This document shows, piece after piece, positions 50,693-64,000 of a DNA stretch of 64,000 nt (position 1 is the first letter of the stretch; every line of letters begins with the position of its first letter). Origin of the DNA: Camelus dromedarius (taxonomy: Eukaryota). Location: the NCBI RefSeq assembly GCF_036321535.1, contig NC_087436.1, positions 98,086,001 through 98,150,000 on the forward strand, read 5' to 3'. The position numbers were made by a program, and so were the translations under genes. The notes beneath the pieces are model-generated. The model worked only from the letters and a program-made list of their open reading frames with translations. It had not been told where the DNA came from and did no database searches.

Positions 50693-51597
50693 TTTTTATT
50701 GAAGTATAATTAATTTACAATGTGTTAGTTTCAGGTGTACAACAAAGTGATTGAGTTTATTATAAATATATTTATATATTTATATATAATTTTTCAGATT
50801 TTTTTCCATTATAGGTTATTACAAGATATTGAATATGGTTCCCTGTGCTATGCAGTAGGTGGTTGTTATCTGTTTTATTTATAATAGTATGTATATAGTA
50901 ATTCCAGACTCCTAGTTTATCCCTTCCTCAACCCCCCCACTTTCCCCTTTAATAACCATAAATTTGTTTCTATGTCAGTGATTCTATTTGTTTTATAAAT
51001 AGGTTAATTTGTATCATTATTTTAGGTTTCACGTATAAGTACTATCATACGATATTCACCTTTTTCTGACTTATTTCACTTAGTATGATAATCTCTAGGT
51101 CTGTTCATGTTGTTGCAAATGGCACTCTCTCATTCGTTTTTATGGCTGAGTAATATTTCATTATGTGTACACCACACTTTTATCCTTTCCTCTCTTGATG
51201 GACATTTAGTTGCTCCCATGTCTTGGCTATTACAATAGTGCTGCTGTGAACTTTGGGGTGCATGTATCTTTTTGAATTAGAGTTTTCTCTGAATATATGC
51301 CCAGGAGTGGGATTGTAGGATGTTTATGGTAACTCTATGTTTAGTCTTGTGAGGAACCTCCATACTACTCTCTGCAGTGGCTACATCGATTTACACTCCC
51401 ACCAACAGTTTAGGAGGGTTCCTTTTTCTCCACATCCTCTCCAGCATTTATTATTTGTAGACTTTTGAATGATGGTCATTCTGACTGGTGTGAGGTGATA
51501 CCTCATTGTAGTTTTGATTTGCATTTCTCTAATAATTACTGGTATTAAGCATATTTTCATATGCCTGCAGGGCATCTGTATGTCTTTGGAGAAATGA
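50693..51597 (-). mobile_element. Youngest LINE-1 in the window: 3' UTR plus ORF2 C-terminus (cetartiodactyl-like)
   Basis: ORF 51381-51575(-) encodes [47 protein letters not shown], the conserved L1 ORF2p C-terminal region. The 3' end reads 'ttttattgaagtataattaatttacaatgtgttagtttcaggtgtacaacaaagtga'. Confidence 0.95.
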
Positions 51598-51956
51598 AAA
51601 TGACTTGGTTCTTAATTGCACTTTGCCCTAACTTCTGTCCTTTTAATTGAGTTTCGCCGTTAAATGTCTCTGTGTCTTTTGTGATATTTTAGTTTTTATA
51701 AACCGAGACAAAAGCAAGGAAGAATAGAGTGTGATTAGAATATGTGTTGCCCATAAGAGAGAGCTTGAAATAAATAAACAGTAACACCCATGAGCCATAG
51801 CTGTGTTAATATTCCCAACAAGAAGTATTAAAATTGCTAAACATGAAGTGCCTCTAAATTACCCACTATATTTCACCTTTGACTCTGAAGTAAAATAAAA
51901 TCTTACAGAAGTCAAAATGAATTAAAAAGCCTCTCCTAAGGATACAGAGTCTAGAG

Positions 51957-52040
51957 CAACATTGTCCAATAGAAATATAACGTAAATTTATGCTATTTTA
52001 AATTCTGTCAGTCACATTAAAAGAAAAAAGGTGAAAGGAA
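51957..52040. mobile_element. MER33-like hAT-Charlie fragment
   Basis: 'caacattgtccaatagaaatataacg...ttttaaatt...cacattaaaagaaaaaaggtgaa'. Confidence 0.7.
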
Positions 52041-52359
52041 ATGGTGTCTTACTTGCAAGCTAATAAACTATGAGTATGTATGTGTGTGTGTGTGTGTGTA
52101 TACATACACACATACAGGCAACTTGTTAATATATATTAACATGTATATGTATTTAGTTGCGAGTAAAATATCCAGTATAGCTCATCCTCAGGGAAGAGTA
52201 CAGTATAATTTTAAATTTAAATGGCAATTTAAAATATACAATTTTAAACTTATATGTGAGATACATCTGTATCTATACCTACCTCACATACGTGGTGGAA
52301 GAGAAAGAGAGAGCTGGTAGATGGGAGGTAGGGAGGGAAAGATGGGGTGGAGAGAGAGA

Positions 52360-52859
52360 GAAAGAGAATTACATATGCACTCTGGCAGGAGACACAAGCT
52401 TTGTGGATCAGACTAACAGTTATTATTCATAGATTGTGCCCTTCCCAGTTGCCCACAGGGCTATGTGAATGAAGACAGGACATCACCTCCATATGTAGTG
52501 GGTTTGATTCTAAAAGGAGTTAGCCCAGAATTAGGTCAACTGAAGTTTATATAAGGTGATTGTCATATGTGCAAATCCTCTCCTCTAAATGGGGAGAGAA
52601 AGACAAACAGAAAGACAGACATCTTTACTTTGAAATTTAAACAAATTTTCTCCAGGGAACGAAGGGGAAAATCTTATCTTCACTACCATGGAATTGCAAA
52701 TTGCTGCAGGGATATAAATCTCCAAATCTCTCCAGAGTGATGCACTATCACTAGCTTCAATATATAATTTCCATCCAATTGAGTTGCCAGTGCCCTTTGC
52801 TCTGAAAGCCTAAACCGAGCAGAAACTTGAACCTATTCATGGATAAATTCCTCCCAATA
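52360..52859 (-). mobile_element. ERVL-type solo LTR (MER74/MER89 group?)
   Basis: The minus strand begins 'tattgggaggaatttatccatg...gtttctgc...gagcaaagggcactg', like the recalled 'tgttgggagacaattctccatgg...tttctgc...gagca..ggcactg'. Confidence 0.5.
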
Positions 52860-52909
52860 CTACTATACTGGACAGGACGTACCTAAAGCATAGATGAAAA
52901 AAATAACAA

Positions 52910-53263
52910 TGTTGTGGACTGCATGTTTAAAATTCATATGTTGAGACCCTAACCTCCAGTGTGATAGTATTAGAAGATGAAGTCTTTGGGAGGTGATTGA
53001 GACATGAGGATGGCACTCTGGAGAATGGGATTAGTGCCCTATAAAAAGAGACCTCATGGTGTTCTCTCACTCTTTCTGCCGTATGAAGTTAAGAAGTCAG
53101 CAGTGAACCTAGCACAATCCAAAAGAAGGCTCTTACCAGAACACAACGAAGCTAGCACCCTGATCTCAGACTTCCAACCTCCAAAACTTTGAAAGCCACT
53201 TTTTGTTATTTGTAAGCCACCCAGTCTATGGCATTTTGTTTTAACAGCCAAAATGATTAAGAG
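52910..53263 (+). mobile_element. MLT1A/MLT1A0 solo LTR
   Basis: 'tgttgtggactg...aaaattcatatgttga...ctttgggaggtgatt...atgggattagtgccct...cagacttccaacctcca...taagccacccagtctatggcattttgtt'. Confidence 0.9.
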
Positions 53264-54749
53264 AAAAATAGACAGGATACTGTATGTAGTTGGAGAAATA
53301 AGAGAAACTCAGATATGCAGACAAAGGCCATTTCCAGGCAGTGGAAAAGGAAGACTCCATAAATAATACTTAAAGTTCAATTTGGACATTTCAAGATATA
53401 AAGACTAAGAACTAATTATCTGCAAATTGTAATCAGATACTTGATACAAGAATGCATATCCTGCAACCAAATGCCTGAGGAGAGAAACATACTGAAGCAC
53501 TGGAAGGAAAATCTTGGATGTAAAGAACATTTACTAAACAAAAAGATAATGGGTTTTTTCCTTCATTACAATGCTATGAGTTATTACTCAAGAGAAAGTA
53601 AACAAAAATTTGACATCAAAACGTTATTATATAATTGGATATGTAATCTCATCTGTATGTGATGCATCAAATAATTTTTTCATGTTCTTCCTCTCACACC
53701 TGTCTGTCTATTTTTCTCCAAATACAGCTCTCAATTTTGGGAAGGTGGCCATGAGAGGCAAGCTAATACATTCTTGTGTCTTCAAGCAGATAGTCTTTAG
53801 ATATTTCTACTTTTTTTTTTTTTTTTGAGAGAATGCTGAGTTGCTAATGGAACAAAAACAGAGGACTATCATTGGTACCAATCAGTGTCTAAGATGTTGC
53901 TGTAAACTCAGCAAATCAAAGGCCTCCTGGATCTGCCAGCATTAGAAAGCAGTTTGATATACCTTTGAAATACTCAGTTCTCTACCCCATGTAACTACTG
54001 AAAATATTTCTTACAACCATATACTAGTGTGTTCTCTCTGATATGACTTCTGATAATACACTATTCTCCATCACATTATATCGATATTTAGTACCTTTGT
54101 GATATTTTAAAATAGCTTTAAGTGATGTCTTAATCCAGTGTTGCCTTTTAAAGTTAATATAAATATTTACATAGATGCAGATGTACAATGATGACTTGAT
54201 TGAACATTTTGGAGATAAGATACATTATAAAAAATTTAAAATTAATCTTTATCATTTGGAGATCAGGAAGCCTGCATAACTTAGACTATTGTCAGCAGTT
54301 TGAGGTAAATAAAAATGTTCAGTATCTGTTTACAGCAGATGAAAAGTAGATGACCAAATCTCACATGAACAATATGATAGCTGGATTAGCTGAGGAGTTG
54401 ATTATCACTGGAAAAATGCAGCTTAATACAGGAGGACGTAAAAATGGTGATTGCAGTAACTGTTGAAAAAGAGAAGAGTTTGAGAAATGGGAACAATATG
54501 AAAAATCATATGGGCGAATTCATACAGAAAAATTGTACCCTGGAGATGTAAATTTGAGGACATCTGTCCTTAAAAATGAATATATTCTTGAAGAGTTTTG
54601 TGAATATATAGAGAGACATATTTGCATGTAGGTCTGATGTTTCAGTTGATACACTGCTAAATATAAAAATCATCATAGGAGAAAAGTCAGGAAAGTAAAA
54701 ATGAAGCAAAATCCTAAAAACTCCTAAAAAATGAAGTAGTAGTAAGTGA

Positions 54750-55610
54750 AGTATGGGGAGATTTGCATGACATAAACACAGAAAACTACAAAGCATTGCT
54801 AATGGAAAGATGAATATCAGTCAGAGGAATCAGTATCATCAAGATGTCCATTCTCCCCAAAATTTATCCCCAGACTCAGTATAATCTTAGAATTCAACTA
54901 GGGTTTTGTTTTGTTTGTAAAAAATGTTATGCTCCTTCTAACACATGTGTGAAACCAAAAAAGACCTTAACAAACATGTTTTTTGGTGGGTTTTTGTAAA
55001 ATAACATATTTGGTGCACCCATCCTCCTCGATTTCAAGATTTACGACATACAGTAAGCAAGATAATGTAGGACTGACATAGCATAAGCAAATAAATCAAT
55101 GGAAGAGAACTGAGAGTCCAGGACCAGTCCCATAAAACAAGTGGCATTTGTATATATACAAATATACATATAGTCAGTTTATTTACTTTACTGATGTGCC
55201 AGACATTTAATGGGAAAATGAGTCCTTTCAACACATGATGCTGGATAGATTTATGTAAAAAATATTGATCCCTGCCTCAAAACACAGACCAAAATTAATT
55301 AATTACTCTCATGGATATAAGGAAAAAATATAAATCTAAAAGTTTCTACAAGAAATATAGGAGAACATTTTTACTGCCTTGGTAACATGAAGATTTCTTA
55401 GGACACAAAAAGCATTAATGATACAAAGTTATGAATAAATTCATGTAAATAATGTATATCTATTTAACAAAAGGTTCTGATTATAAAAAAGATAAGTCTT
55501 CAATGAGAAAAAAGTTCACAAAACACACATTTGATAGAATACATATCCAAAATATGTGAAGAATTCATAGGAATAAATACTAAAAATATAAAACAATAAT
55601 AATAGGTATC
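54750..55610 (+). mobile_element. Old L1 ORF2 fragment (sense orientation)
   Basis: 'gaaaactacaaagcattgct...aagatgtccattctccccaaa...aaatcaatggaagagaactgagagtccag...cttaggacacaaaaagca'. Confidence 0.8.
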
Positions 55611-55769
55611 AACTGTTAATTCATTCTGTCCTTACTGAATGTGTCCAGATGCAAATGAAGCATTTTGTCCTTTGTGACTTCTTGAGGTAAACAAAGAAAT
55701 TCAGTTGGTAATTTTCCAAATAGATGTTGAACATCTAGAGAATTTAATAATAGTTGTAACAACATACAC

Positions 55770-55960
55770 CTATATAGTTAGGACATACATTGAGATAGAA
55801 AATTGCAAGCATATTGTTTGTATTAGTTCATTTAATCTTTAAACTAACCACATGAGGTAGACTCGCTAGTATCTACTATAGACGATGAAATTGAGACACA
55901 GCTTTTAAGTACCTTTCTCTATATCAGATCTATTTTGTATGACAAAACCAGCTTTGAAAT
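55770..55960 (-). mobile_element. MIR remnant
   Basis: 'tcatttaatctttaaactaaccacatgaggtag...gatgaaattgagacacag'. Confidence 0.7.
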
Positions 55961-57752
55961 GTAGTAAGGTATATTATACTGTAATTTTTAATTATTTAGA
56001 TATTTCTCAATAAGGAACAGTTTATACTTGTAATTATTCTCTTATTTAAAAAATTATCTGAGCATCTGTTTTTTTCCAGACACTAGTCTAGTGGATTCAT
56101 TGGTGGCAAATTAGAAATCAGAGACTAAAGATAAATAATTTGTGATTTCTACTTTTAGTTTTTATTCAATTTATTTATATTTAGAACTCCTTCACAATAC
56201 ATTACTGTGAAGTTTCCTTATTAATAATAAATATATTGTGATTTGTAAGTTATAGTACCCTAAGTTCACAAAGCATTCTCTGAGTTTTTTTTATAAGTAA
56301 CTGCTTTAAATGGCAGCTGTTGAACAGAAATTTACTTCTATTGAACTTTGTTGTGTTCAATTAGGAAAGATTATGGAACATGTTTTATATTCCCTTTTTG
56401 GCCTCAGGAAGTGATGAACATGAGCTGACATGACAGATACTGCAAAAGATTCCACGTTGTGAGGCGTTTGCAAAGCTTTGCATGGGAATCATATTTTAAA
56501 AAGCAAAAGCTACTGAACATGTAATTCCCCATGTACCTCCAGTGGGTTAATTTTTGAATTGCAGACTACTGGGTTGGTCATAGATTTGCTTTTTTGCAGA
56601 CATTTTTTTGGAAGTAATAAATAATAAGCTTTCCCAGAATAAAATAATAACTGGAGGAAATAGTCAGTGTTGCCTTCTAAATTTAAATTTTCTTGTGAAA
56701 CCTGAAGTGAAATTTATGGTCACATTCATACATATATCAAAACTTTGAGCACAGAGTAATACGATGATATTAAAAAGCATAATGAATTTAAGCAAATTGA
56801 ATAAATAATCATTTTGACTTATACATAAATATACTAAGTACCCTCATCCATAGTTTTCTAAAGGTGCTTGAATAGATATATTGAAGTTTAAAATATCCCT
56901 TTTAATTAGCAGTAATTAAAAGTAATTAAAATATTACAGAGATGCTAATAAAACATTAAATACTTGTAAAAGAAAAAAAATTTGTTTCCAAAAGTGGTAG
57001 CATTAAGGGAAAGTGACTTTATTTTTAATATGTTCCAAATGTAAGCTAAGACAAAACCATGTATATTCTGTATTCAAAAATATACAGTTGTTAAACATTG
57101 GCAATTTATGATGCCAACAAATAAAACTGCACATGCTAACAAAATGAATATATTTCCTTCAGATATAGTATTACTGTTCATTTATATGAAGTAACCCTTA
57201 AACCAACACTTACCACTACTACTGATGATAATGCTAATAATAAATTTCAGAAAATATCTGTCCAGATATCAAGATGCTGTCAAGTTGAACTTAGTAATCA
57301 TCTAGAACAGATCAGAACAGAACAAAGTGCTGTGGGTGATAAACAGACATCAGAATACCGAACTTACCGTCTTTCATATGAGTGGGGCTTAGCACAGGCT
57401 CTTACCTGGCTGTGCAGATAGAATGAGAAAGTACATGAGAAACATGTTAAGAATATGCAATATAAACATTAATAAGTGACAAACTATCATCTGAAAAAAA
57501 AGGTTGGAAAAAAAACAGATAAGCTTGCAGTGATACAGAATAAATTTAATGTCAAAAACAATTTTGTTTAATTTATAAGCCCTAAAATGCTACTCTATAC
57601 TAGTGTATATATACAGTCTTAAGGATGATAGTGAAATTGTCAATATATGTTGAAAAAAGAATGAACGATAGTTGCCATTGTTGAATAACTAATATGAAAT
57701 GAAATGAAATGAAATGTATGTATTTCCTACACAATTCCAGAGAGTGTGTGTG

Positions 57753-57755
<3 letters not shown>

Positions 57756-57793
<38 letters not shown>
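57756..57793. repeat. (GA)19 microsatellite
   Basis: Perfect GA run preceded by a short TG tract. Confidence 0.97.
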
Positions 57794-57796
<3 letters not shown>

Positions 57797-57909
57797 CAGG
57801 AGGGAGAGAGAACTACATAAGATAAGCATCTCTATCTTTGATCAAAATTAATGTTTGGATGTGGAAATGTTTGAGTCCACTTACATTAACAAATAGATGA
57901 TAATTCTTA

Positions 57910-60900
57910 GATTTAGTATGGTATAATCTATATTCAGTAATATTCACTCATTTTACGTGTATAGTTTTCTAAATTATATAAATCTCCACTGTAAGGTATG
58001 GAAGAGCTCCATCACTGGAAAACATTCCCTCCTGCCCTTTTGCAGTCACTTCCCGAACCCCTGGCCTAAGACAACAACTGATCTGTTTTCTGTCACTACA
58101 CCTCTGTCTTTCCTAAAATTTCATATAAATTGAACCACATACTATGTGGTCCTTTTGCTCAACCTCAACTTAGGACAATGCTTTTGAGATTCTTTAGTGT
58201 TGTTTTATGTGTTACTGTTTTATTTTTTAAATTTACTTAATTGTATTCTGTAGAAGTAGTAGCCCACAGTTTAGCTAATCACTGGTTGGTGGACATCTGG
58301 GTTGTTTCTAGTGTTTGGCTAACAATAACACTACTGAGAACATTGGTGTAGACTTTGTGTGTGACATATATTGTTTTTATTTCTCCTTAGTAATTCAAAG
58401 AAGTGAAAGGTAGATGAACATTTAACTTTATAAATTACTGTGATAACTATGTTCTAAAGTTGCTAAAGATGGTTCCCACCAGGACAGTATGACAACTCCA
58501 CATCTCATTCACGCTTGTGTGTGTCGATCTTTTTAAATTTAGCTATTTTAGTGAGTATGTCGGAGTACTTTGTTATTTAATTCTCATTTCCCTGATGTCT
58601 AGAGATATGGACCATTTTTCATGTGCTTATTGGTCATTTGTGTTTCTGCTTTTACAAATTTAATATTCACGTTTATCAGTTTTTTAAAATATGAGTTTTG
58701 ATTTTTGTTGTATGTAATGTTTTTATATATTCCAGACATGATCATTTTGCAAATGTCAGTTTGAAAATGTGTTCTCTCTGTGGCTTGTATAGTTTCATTT
58801 TTTTTTTCAGATTTTAAGAAGGATAAATTTTAATGTTTGATTTATTAATTGTATACTTTTAAAGTTTGCTTTTTATACTGTTTGAGAAATTATTTTCATA
58901 TCTAATATCAGATTTCTTCTGTGTTTTCTTCTAGAAGCTTAATAAGTTTAGTTCTGTTTAAATGTATGGTTGATTTAGAAGTGGTATTTCTGTAGATAAT
59001 TCGTTGGCCTTGTAAATACGGGTTTAGTATGAGACTAATTAATTTGTTACATTTCTACTTGTTTGTCATTGTACCGGTACTGTGCTGTTTTTAATAGTGT
59101 AGTTTTATGGTACATCTGGAAGTTAGGTAGTGTAAGTTCTTCAGTCTTGTTCATTTTCAAAATGTCTTGACTATTTTAGATCCTTTATGTTGCACATATA
59201 AGCTTTCTGATTTTTTTCAGAAATACTGGTTAGGATTTTGATTTATGTTGAGTGGAATCTATAGATTATTTTGTGAATTGCCTCTTAACAATGTTGAGTC
59301 TTTTAATCCATGAATATTGCGTGGATCTTTGATTTCCCTTAAAAATATTTTATAGTTTTCAGTCTGAAGATTTTGAACTTCTTTAAAAAGTGTTTTAAAT
59401 GTATTAATTTTGTATCTGTTGTCAATTAATTTTATTCCATTGTCTAAATGTTTACTAATAATATTTAAAAATATAATTTAGTTTTATATACTGAGCTTAA
59501 AGTTTGTGACCTTATTAAATTTACTTATTAGTTCTAATAGCTTTTTGTAGATTACTTAGTTTTCTGCATAAATGATCATATGATCAGCAAATAAGGACCT
59601 TTTACATCTTCTTTTTTATTTAATATATTTTTATTTATTTATGTGTGTACTGTATTATACTGGCTAGGACTTAAAGTACAATTTTAGGTAGACCCAATAA
59701 AAGTGGACATCATGGCTTTTCTTTATCTTAAGGAAAAATCATTCATTATTTCACCAAAATATTACATTAGCTGTAGCTTTTCCATAGAATCTTTTTAGTA
59801 ATTATTATATAAATATAATTATTTATATGTTATATTTATATATTTATAATTTATATACAAATATACCTCACTATCCAAAAGTAGAGCATTCCTGTGAAAT
59901 CTTTTGTAAGTGTAAATGGTGTAAAAGTGAAGAAGAAATTATCTTAGGACACATCTTGCTAAAAGTGTGCAAAATAAATCAAGATAAAGTGCAGATGCTC
60001 ACAAATACAGTTTAGAGTTCTGGTGGCTTGATGCTGAGATGCTGAGTGTGGTTCCCTGGGAAGGAGCTTGATGCTGCCATTCTCACTGCTCTGGGTGCAC
60101 GCTGCTCTACAGCTGCCCAGCGGAAAACTGCTGAGTGAATCTTTTGCTTTTGCATTTTTCCATAAAAGCTTACCTCTTTGGATTTCTTTCAGTGAGCAAA
60201 AGCAGGTACTAATGTAGGTCTTCCAATAAAGTGGAATGGCATAAAGCAAACTTTCAAAATGTGGGAGATACCTACATTTATATATTTTATATACTATAAT
60301 GCAAAATTATATATTAATAACATTTATATATAATGTTTTTATAATTATATCATATGATATGTCATTTAGAATTTTATCATATGATATAGCATGTAATTTT
60401 GATTATATTTTATAGGTGTAATATTTAATTGCATTTACATATAATTATAATTATATAATAATAATAATTTGAAGCTCTGCTGTTTGTTGTATACTCATTT
60501 ATAGTCATTATGGCTTTCTGATGATTTGACCCTGTTATCACAATAATGTTTCCCTTTAACTCAGAAAATATTTTGTGTCTTGGGATCTATTTTTATGATA
60601 TTAACATAGTTATCCTAGCCTTCGTACATTTACAGTTCAAATGATACATTTTTTCCCATCAGTTTCTTCCAGCCTGTGACTTTATATCCAAAGTAAGTCT
60701 CTTATATACAGCAGAGAATTAGAACTTACTATTTTTGTTGATTCTGACTACCTGTCTTTTAATCAGTGCATAATCCAATAATATTTACTGTAATTATTAC
60801 CATGCTTGAGTTTTTGTCTACTTTTTAAATTTGTTTTTACTTACCTGTTTGTATTGCTTTGTTAAGTTCCTTCCTTACTCCCTTTCATTTTAATTATTGA

Positions 60901-62800
60901 AATACTTTTAAATATTATTTTAATTTTTCTGTTGTCTTTTAAGTTATACTCCTTTGAAATAATAGTGCTTTCATGATTACAGTATATATCCTTAACTTTG
61001 CAATCTACATATATACAGTTATTATTGTACCACTTTACATAAAATAACTTGCAAATTAAGATACCTCCCACTGAACTTTATAATTGTTATACAGATTTCA
61101 TCTGCACATGAAAATACCACCAGATGATGTTACAACTTTTGTTTTAGAGATTATTTGGTTTTTAAAGAATTTAAGAAGATGATAGCAAAGAGAAACTAGT
61201 CTTTTGTATTTACCTAGATATTTATTATTTCTGATGCACTTCATTCTTTTCTGAGGGTCAAAGATTCTATTTGGTATGGTTTCTCTTCAGCCTGAAGAAT
61301 TTCCTTTGGTGTCATCTATAGGGTAAGTCTGTTGGTGACCAATTCTTTTATTTTTAGATTTTATTTATCTGAAATTGTCTTTATTTGAAAACTTCATTCT
61401 GAATGATGTTTTTGCTAGAATTCTGGGAAAATATTTTTTGTGTGTTCTCTAAAGATTCTATACTCACTTGGGGAGTCCATGGTTTTTGATAAGAATTCAA
61501 CATTAATCAGTACATGCACATACAAACTCTGTACATGATACGTTATTTATGTCACTTTTCTATAGCTATTTTCATGACTTGTTCTTTGGCTTACATTGGC
61601 TTTACTATCATATACTTTTGCATGGGCTTCTTTCTATTGTGTTTATTTTTTGTTGAGCATCTTGTATCACTAAATTTCTGCTTTCACCACATTTAGGAAA
61701 CTGTCAACCATTATTTCTGTTCTCTCTCAACTCTCCTGGGATTCTCATCACATCTACATTTAACTGTCTGAGATCATTAGCATGCACATTGAGGCTTTGT
61801 TCATTTTTTCATTATTTTTCCTGTATGTTATTCAAATTGAATGATTTTTATAGTTCTATCTTCAAATTCGCTTACTCATTTTTCTGACATCTCTATTCAG
61901 ACATTAAGTCCCTTTAGTGAATTTTAAAATTTCAGATAATGAATTTTCTAGTTCTAGAATTCCCCTTGAATTCCTTTTCTTTCGTGTCTAATTAATTAGT
62001 TTTCTTTTTAGTTCTTCTGTTTAAAGTTCCATAGACTTTCTTGAATTAACTGACTTTTTTGTTTGCTTCATTACTGATTGTTATAACAGCCACTTTAAAA
62101 CACTTGTCTAGTAGTTTCAGTATGTGTTTTATTCAGTGGTCAGATACGTTTGGTTTTCTTTTCTCTTGGTTCTTTATATGTCAGGTAATTTTGGAATATA
62201 TTCTAAAGTTTATGAGTATTAACTTGCACATATTGTGGATCTGTTAGTAGTCTCTGATTTAAGTGTTGTGTTTTTTTTTTTTTTTTTTTGTATAATTGGG
62301 CAATAACCTTTTCTAGATTTGAAGTGCAAGCTCTTATTGTTAGCTGACAGCTCCAGCCTTAATTCGTAGCTTTGTCTTTAGCTGAGTCCTGTGATTCTGT
62401 TTTATACATGCTGTGGTTAAAAGATCATATTTATAGACAGACAGATCTAGTTGTTATTCGGAATTTCTTTCAGCCACAGATTTATTTATTTGTTTCTTGG
62501 TTTCCATAGCAAGGAGAGTATTATTTTTTTGTCCATTTCTCTTACTGTTACCCTTGTGCTTCTGCAAATGTCTTGCCAGTGGACTCAGTGGACTCATTAA
62601 GATGCATAATGGGGGAAGTTACTTTTTGTGGCCTTCCTCAATTCCTCCAGATATATACTCCCCACTGGAGTCTGTATACTTCTGTTCTTTCTCCAATTTA
62701 TTTGGATGGGTTGAGAGTTATTTTTTATAGGAGTGTCTTCTGATACAGTCTTCAACTATTATTACCAGAAATGGAAAAGAAAATTTATTAAACATATGCT
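57910..62800 (-). mobile_element. Large decayed LINE-1 (old L1M; 3' UTR through ORF2/ORF1 remnants), interrupted by Tigger6a
   Basis: A continuous series of antisense L1 motifs: 'ggacatctgggttgtttctag', 'tttttcatgtgcttattggtcatttg', 'ggaatctatagatt', 'actggctaggact', 'cagcctgaagaatttcctt', 'aatttcagataatgaattttctagttctagaattc'. Confidence 0.85.
59858..60274 (+). mobile_element. Tigger6a-like DNA transposon nested in L1
   Basis: Decayed terminal repeats (caaatatacctcactatccaaaagt and actttcaaaatgtgggagataccta). Internal 'ggcttgatgctgagatgctgagtgt' and 'caggtactaatgtaggtctt' match recalled Tigger6a. Confidence 0.85.
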
Positions 62801-62869
62801 TGATTGATTTTTGAAAATAGTATTTCTAATATGTGAAAGTAAACATTAAATTGAAAAGGAAAATAAATA

Positions 62870-63870
62870 GAACAGATATTCAGTTCTGTATTTTCCATTT
62901 TATTTTTTTCAATCCAGTATTTGGTGAAAAGTACTTCTTTTTACATATTGTCCTTATGCCTAATATAGTTATTTTCATGCCCATGTTTGATTATCTTCAA
63001 ATTGGGATCATCTGATGGTTTATTTCTATTTTTCTCTCTCAGCTTTTGGTTATTTTTTCTTGTCTCTGATGTTCATGGCAATTGCTTATTTAATGTCATG
63101 TGTCAAAGTCACCAGATACTCTGAAAAATGTTATTTTTTCCACAAAGGACAGATTTTTCTTCAGGCAGAAATTTAGTGTATGGCAGTTTAATTTGATCCA
63201 ATCAAAGGAAACAGACTGTGATGTAGGTACCATGTAATTAAATTAGTTTTCACTTATAAGGATATAGTTCTTTAAGGATCTCAGCTGGAATTCTGGGGAA
63301 TCTATGTTTTTTGGTGGTGTTCTTACTCCAATTTTAATCTCCCTATTACTTGCAAATACTGAAATGTATGTTTGACTTTTTAGCCTCTTCGCCATTGCCT
63401 TTTGCTTGATTTTTTTTCAGTCTCTTAAGTTTACACATGTGCAGATTTAAATTGATAAATGCCCCAAAGAGAAACTACTCACAGGTGGTAGACTGATGTT
63501 TTTCTGCAGTTCCCTATTCTCCAGGTCCACAGGCCCTCAATTCAGGTAATTTTAGTAGTCTTCACCTCAAATTTTTGTCTCTCTAGTCGCAGGTGATGTT
63601 GCTGCGAGCTCTAGAGCTCTAACCCTCTGTTGATTACTGTGCCTTCAGTCTTACAAATTAGCAAACAGTCTGAATGGAACAGCGGTGGTGAGTGTGAGGT
63701 TTATCTCAGTGTATCACCTTTCCCCAGAGTCCTAGCCATTCAAATCTTGACTGCTGAATATTCTCCAGTGACTTCAAACACCTGTTTTGCTTTGTTTATT
63801 GTTCTAGGTTTTAAGGACTATTACTACGGAGAGAATTAGTCTAAACAAACTTTTCTGTCATGCCTTGCAG
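62870..63870 (-). mobile_element. Ancient L1ME/HAL1-type 5' region fragment
   Basis: Collinear similarity with 540-1430; lies directly upstream (on the minus strand) of the large L1. Confidence 0.5.
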
Positions 63871-64000
63871 TAAGAGCCTTTCAAAGTATTTTAATATAGC
63901 ATACTGTATTCTTTGGAGTAAAGAAACAGTATGCATTTAAGCCCTTCAAGTTTCAACATTGGCTTTATCTGAATTTCCTTTCATCCCTGCTTGTAAACTG

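Noticed and set aside
51381..51575. 64-aa ORF with recognisable protein sequence
   Set aside because: It is a fragment of LINE-1 ORF2p within a truncated L1, not a host gene.
57401..57426. Resemblance to the U1 snRNA 5' end (CTTACCTGGC...AGATA..ATGA, 21/26)
   Set aside because: There is no TSD, and the surrounding sequence reads as a MIR 3' core, which explains the match.

Overview
AT-rich mammalian non-coding DNA, either a gene desert or, more likely, a very large intron. I can support no intact protein-coding gene. The only ORF I recognise is a decayed LINE-1 ORF2 C-terminus (51381-51575, -). The window holds many old eutherian interspersed repeats: L1M/L1MC/L1ME, L2, MIR, MER5A, MER33, MER82, Tigger2a, Tigger6a, MLT1 and ERVL-type LTRs. 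I see no Alu, B1/B2, Bov-A/BovB, PRE-1 or Can-SINE. The youngest L1 3' UTR and the Tigger2a variant look cetartiodactyl, so a camelid is a plausible but unproven guess. The most notable features are three tiny retrocopies of cellular RNAs within about 15 kb, each flanked by a target-site duplication (TSD) and each with junction microhomology: a tailless 5' half of tRNA-Arg(TCT) (14562-14599), a tailless U6 snRNA 5' fragment (23006-23032), and an RPS27 mRNA 3'-end retrocopy (29728-29794) whose TSD itself resembles the RPS27 coding end. There is also an old ~0.3 kb local duplication about 0.82 kb apart, several small duplications, a CTCF-like site and a few candidate regulatory or exon-like islands. 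I found no evidence of a novel multi-gene system. Repeat family names and reference RNA sequences are recalled from memory, not from database searches, and repeat boundaries are approximate.
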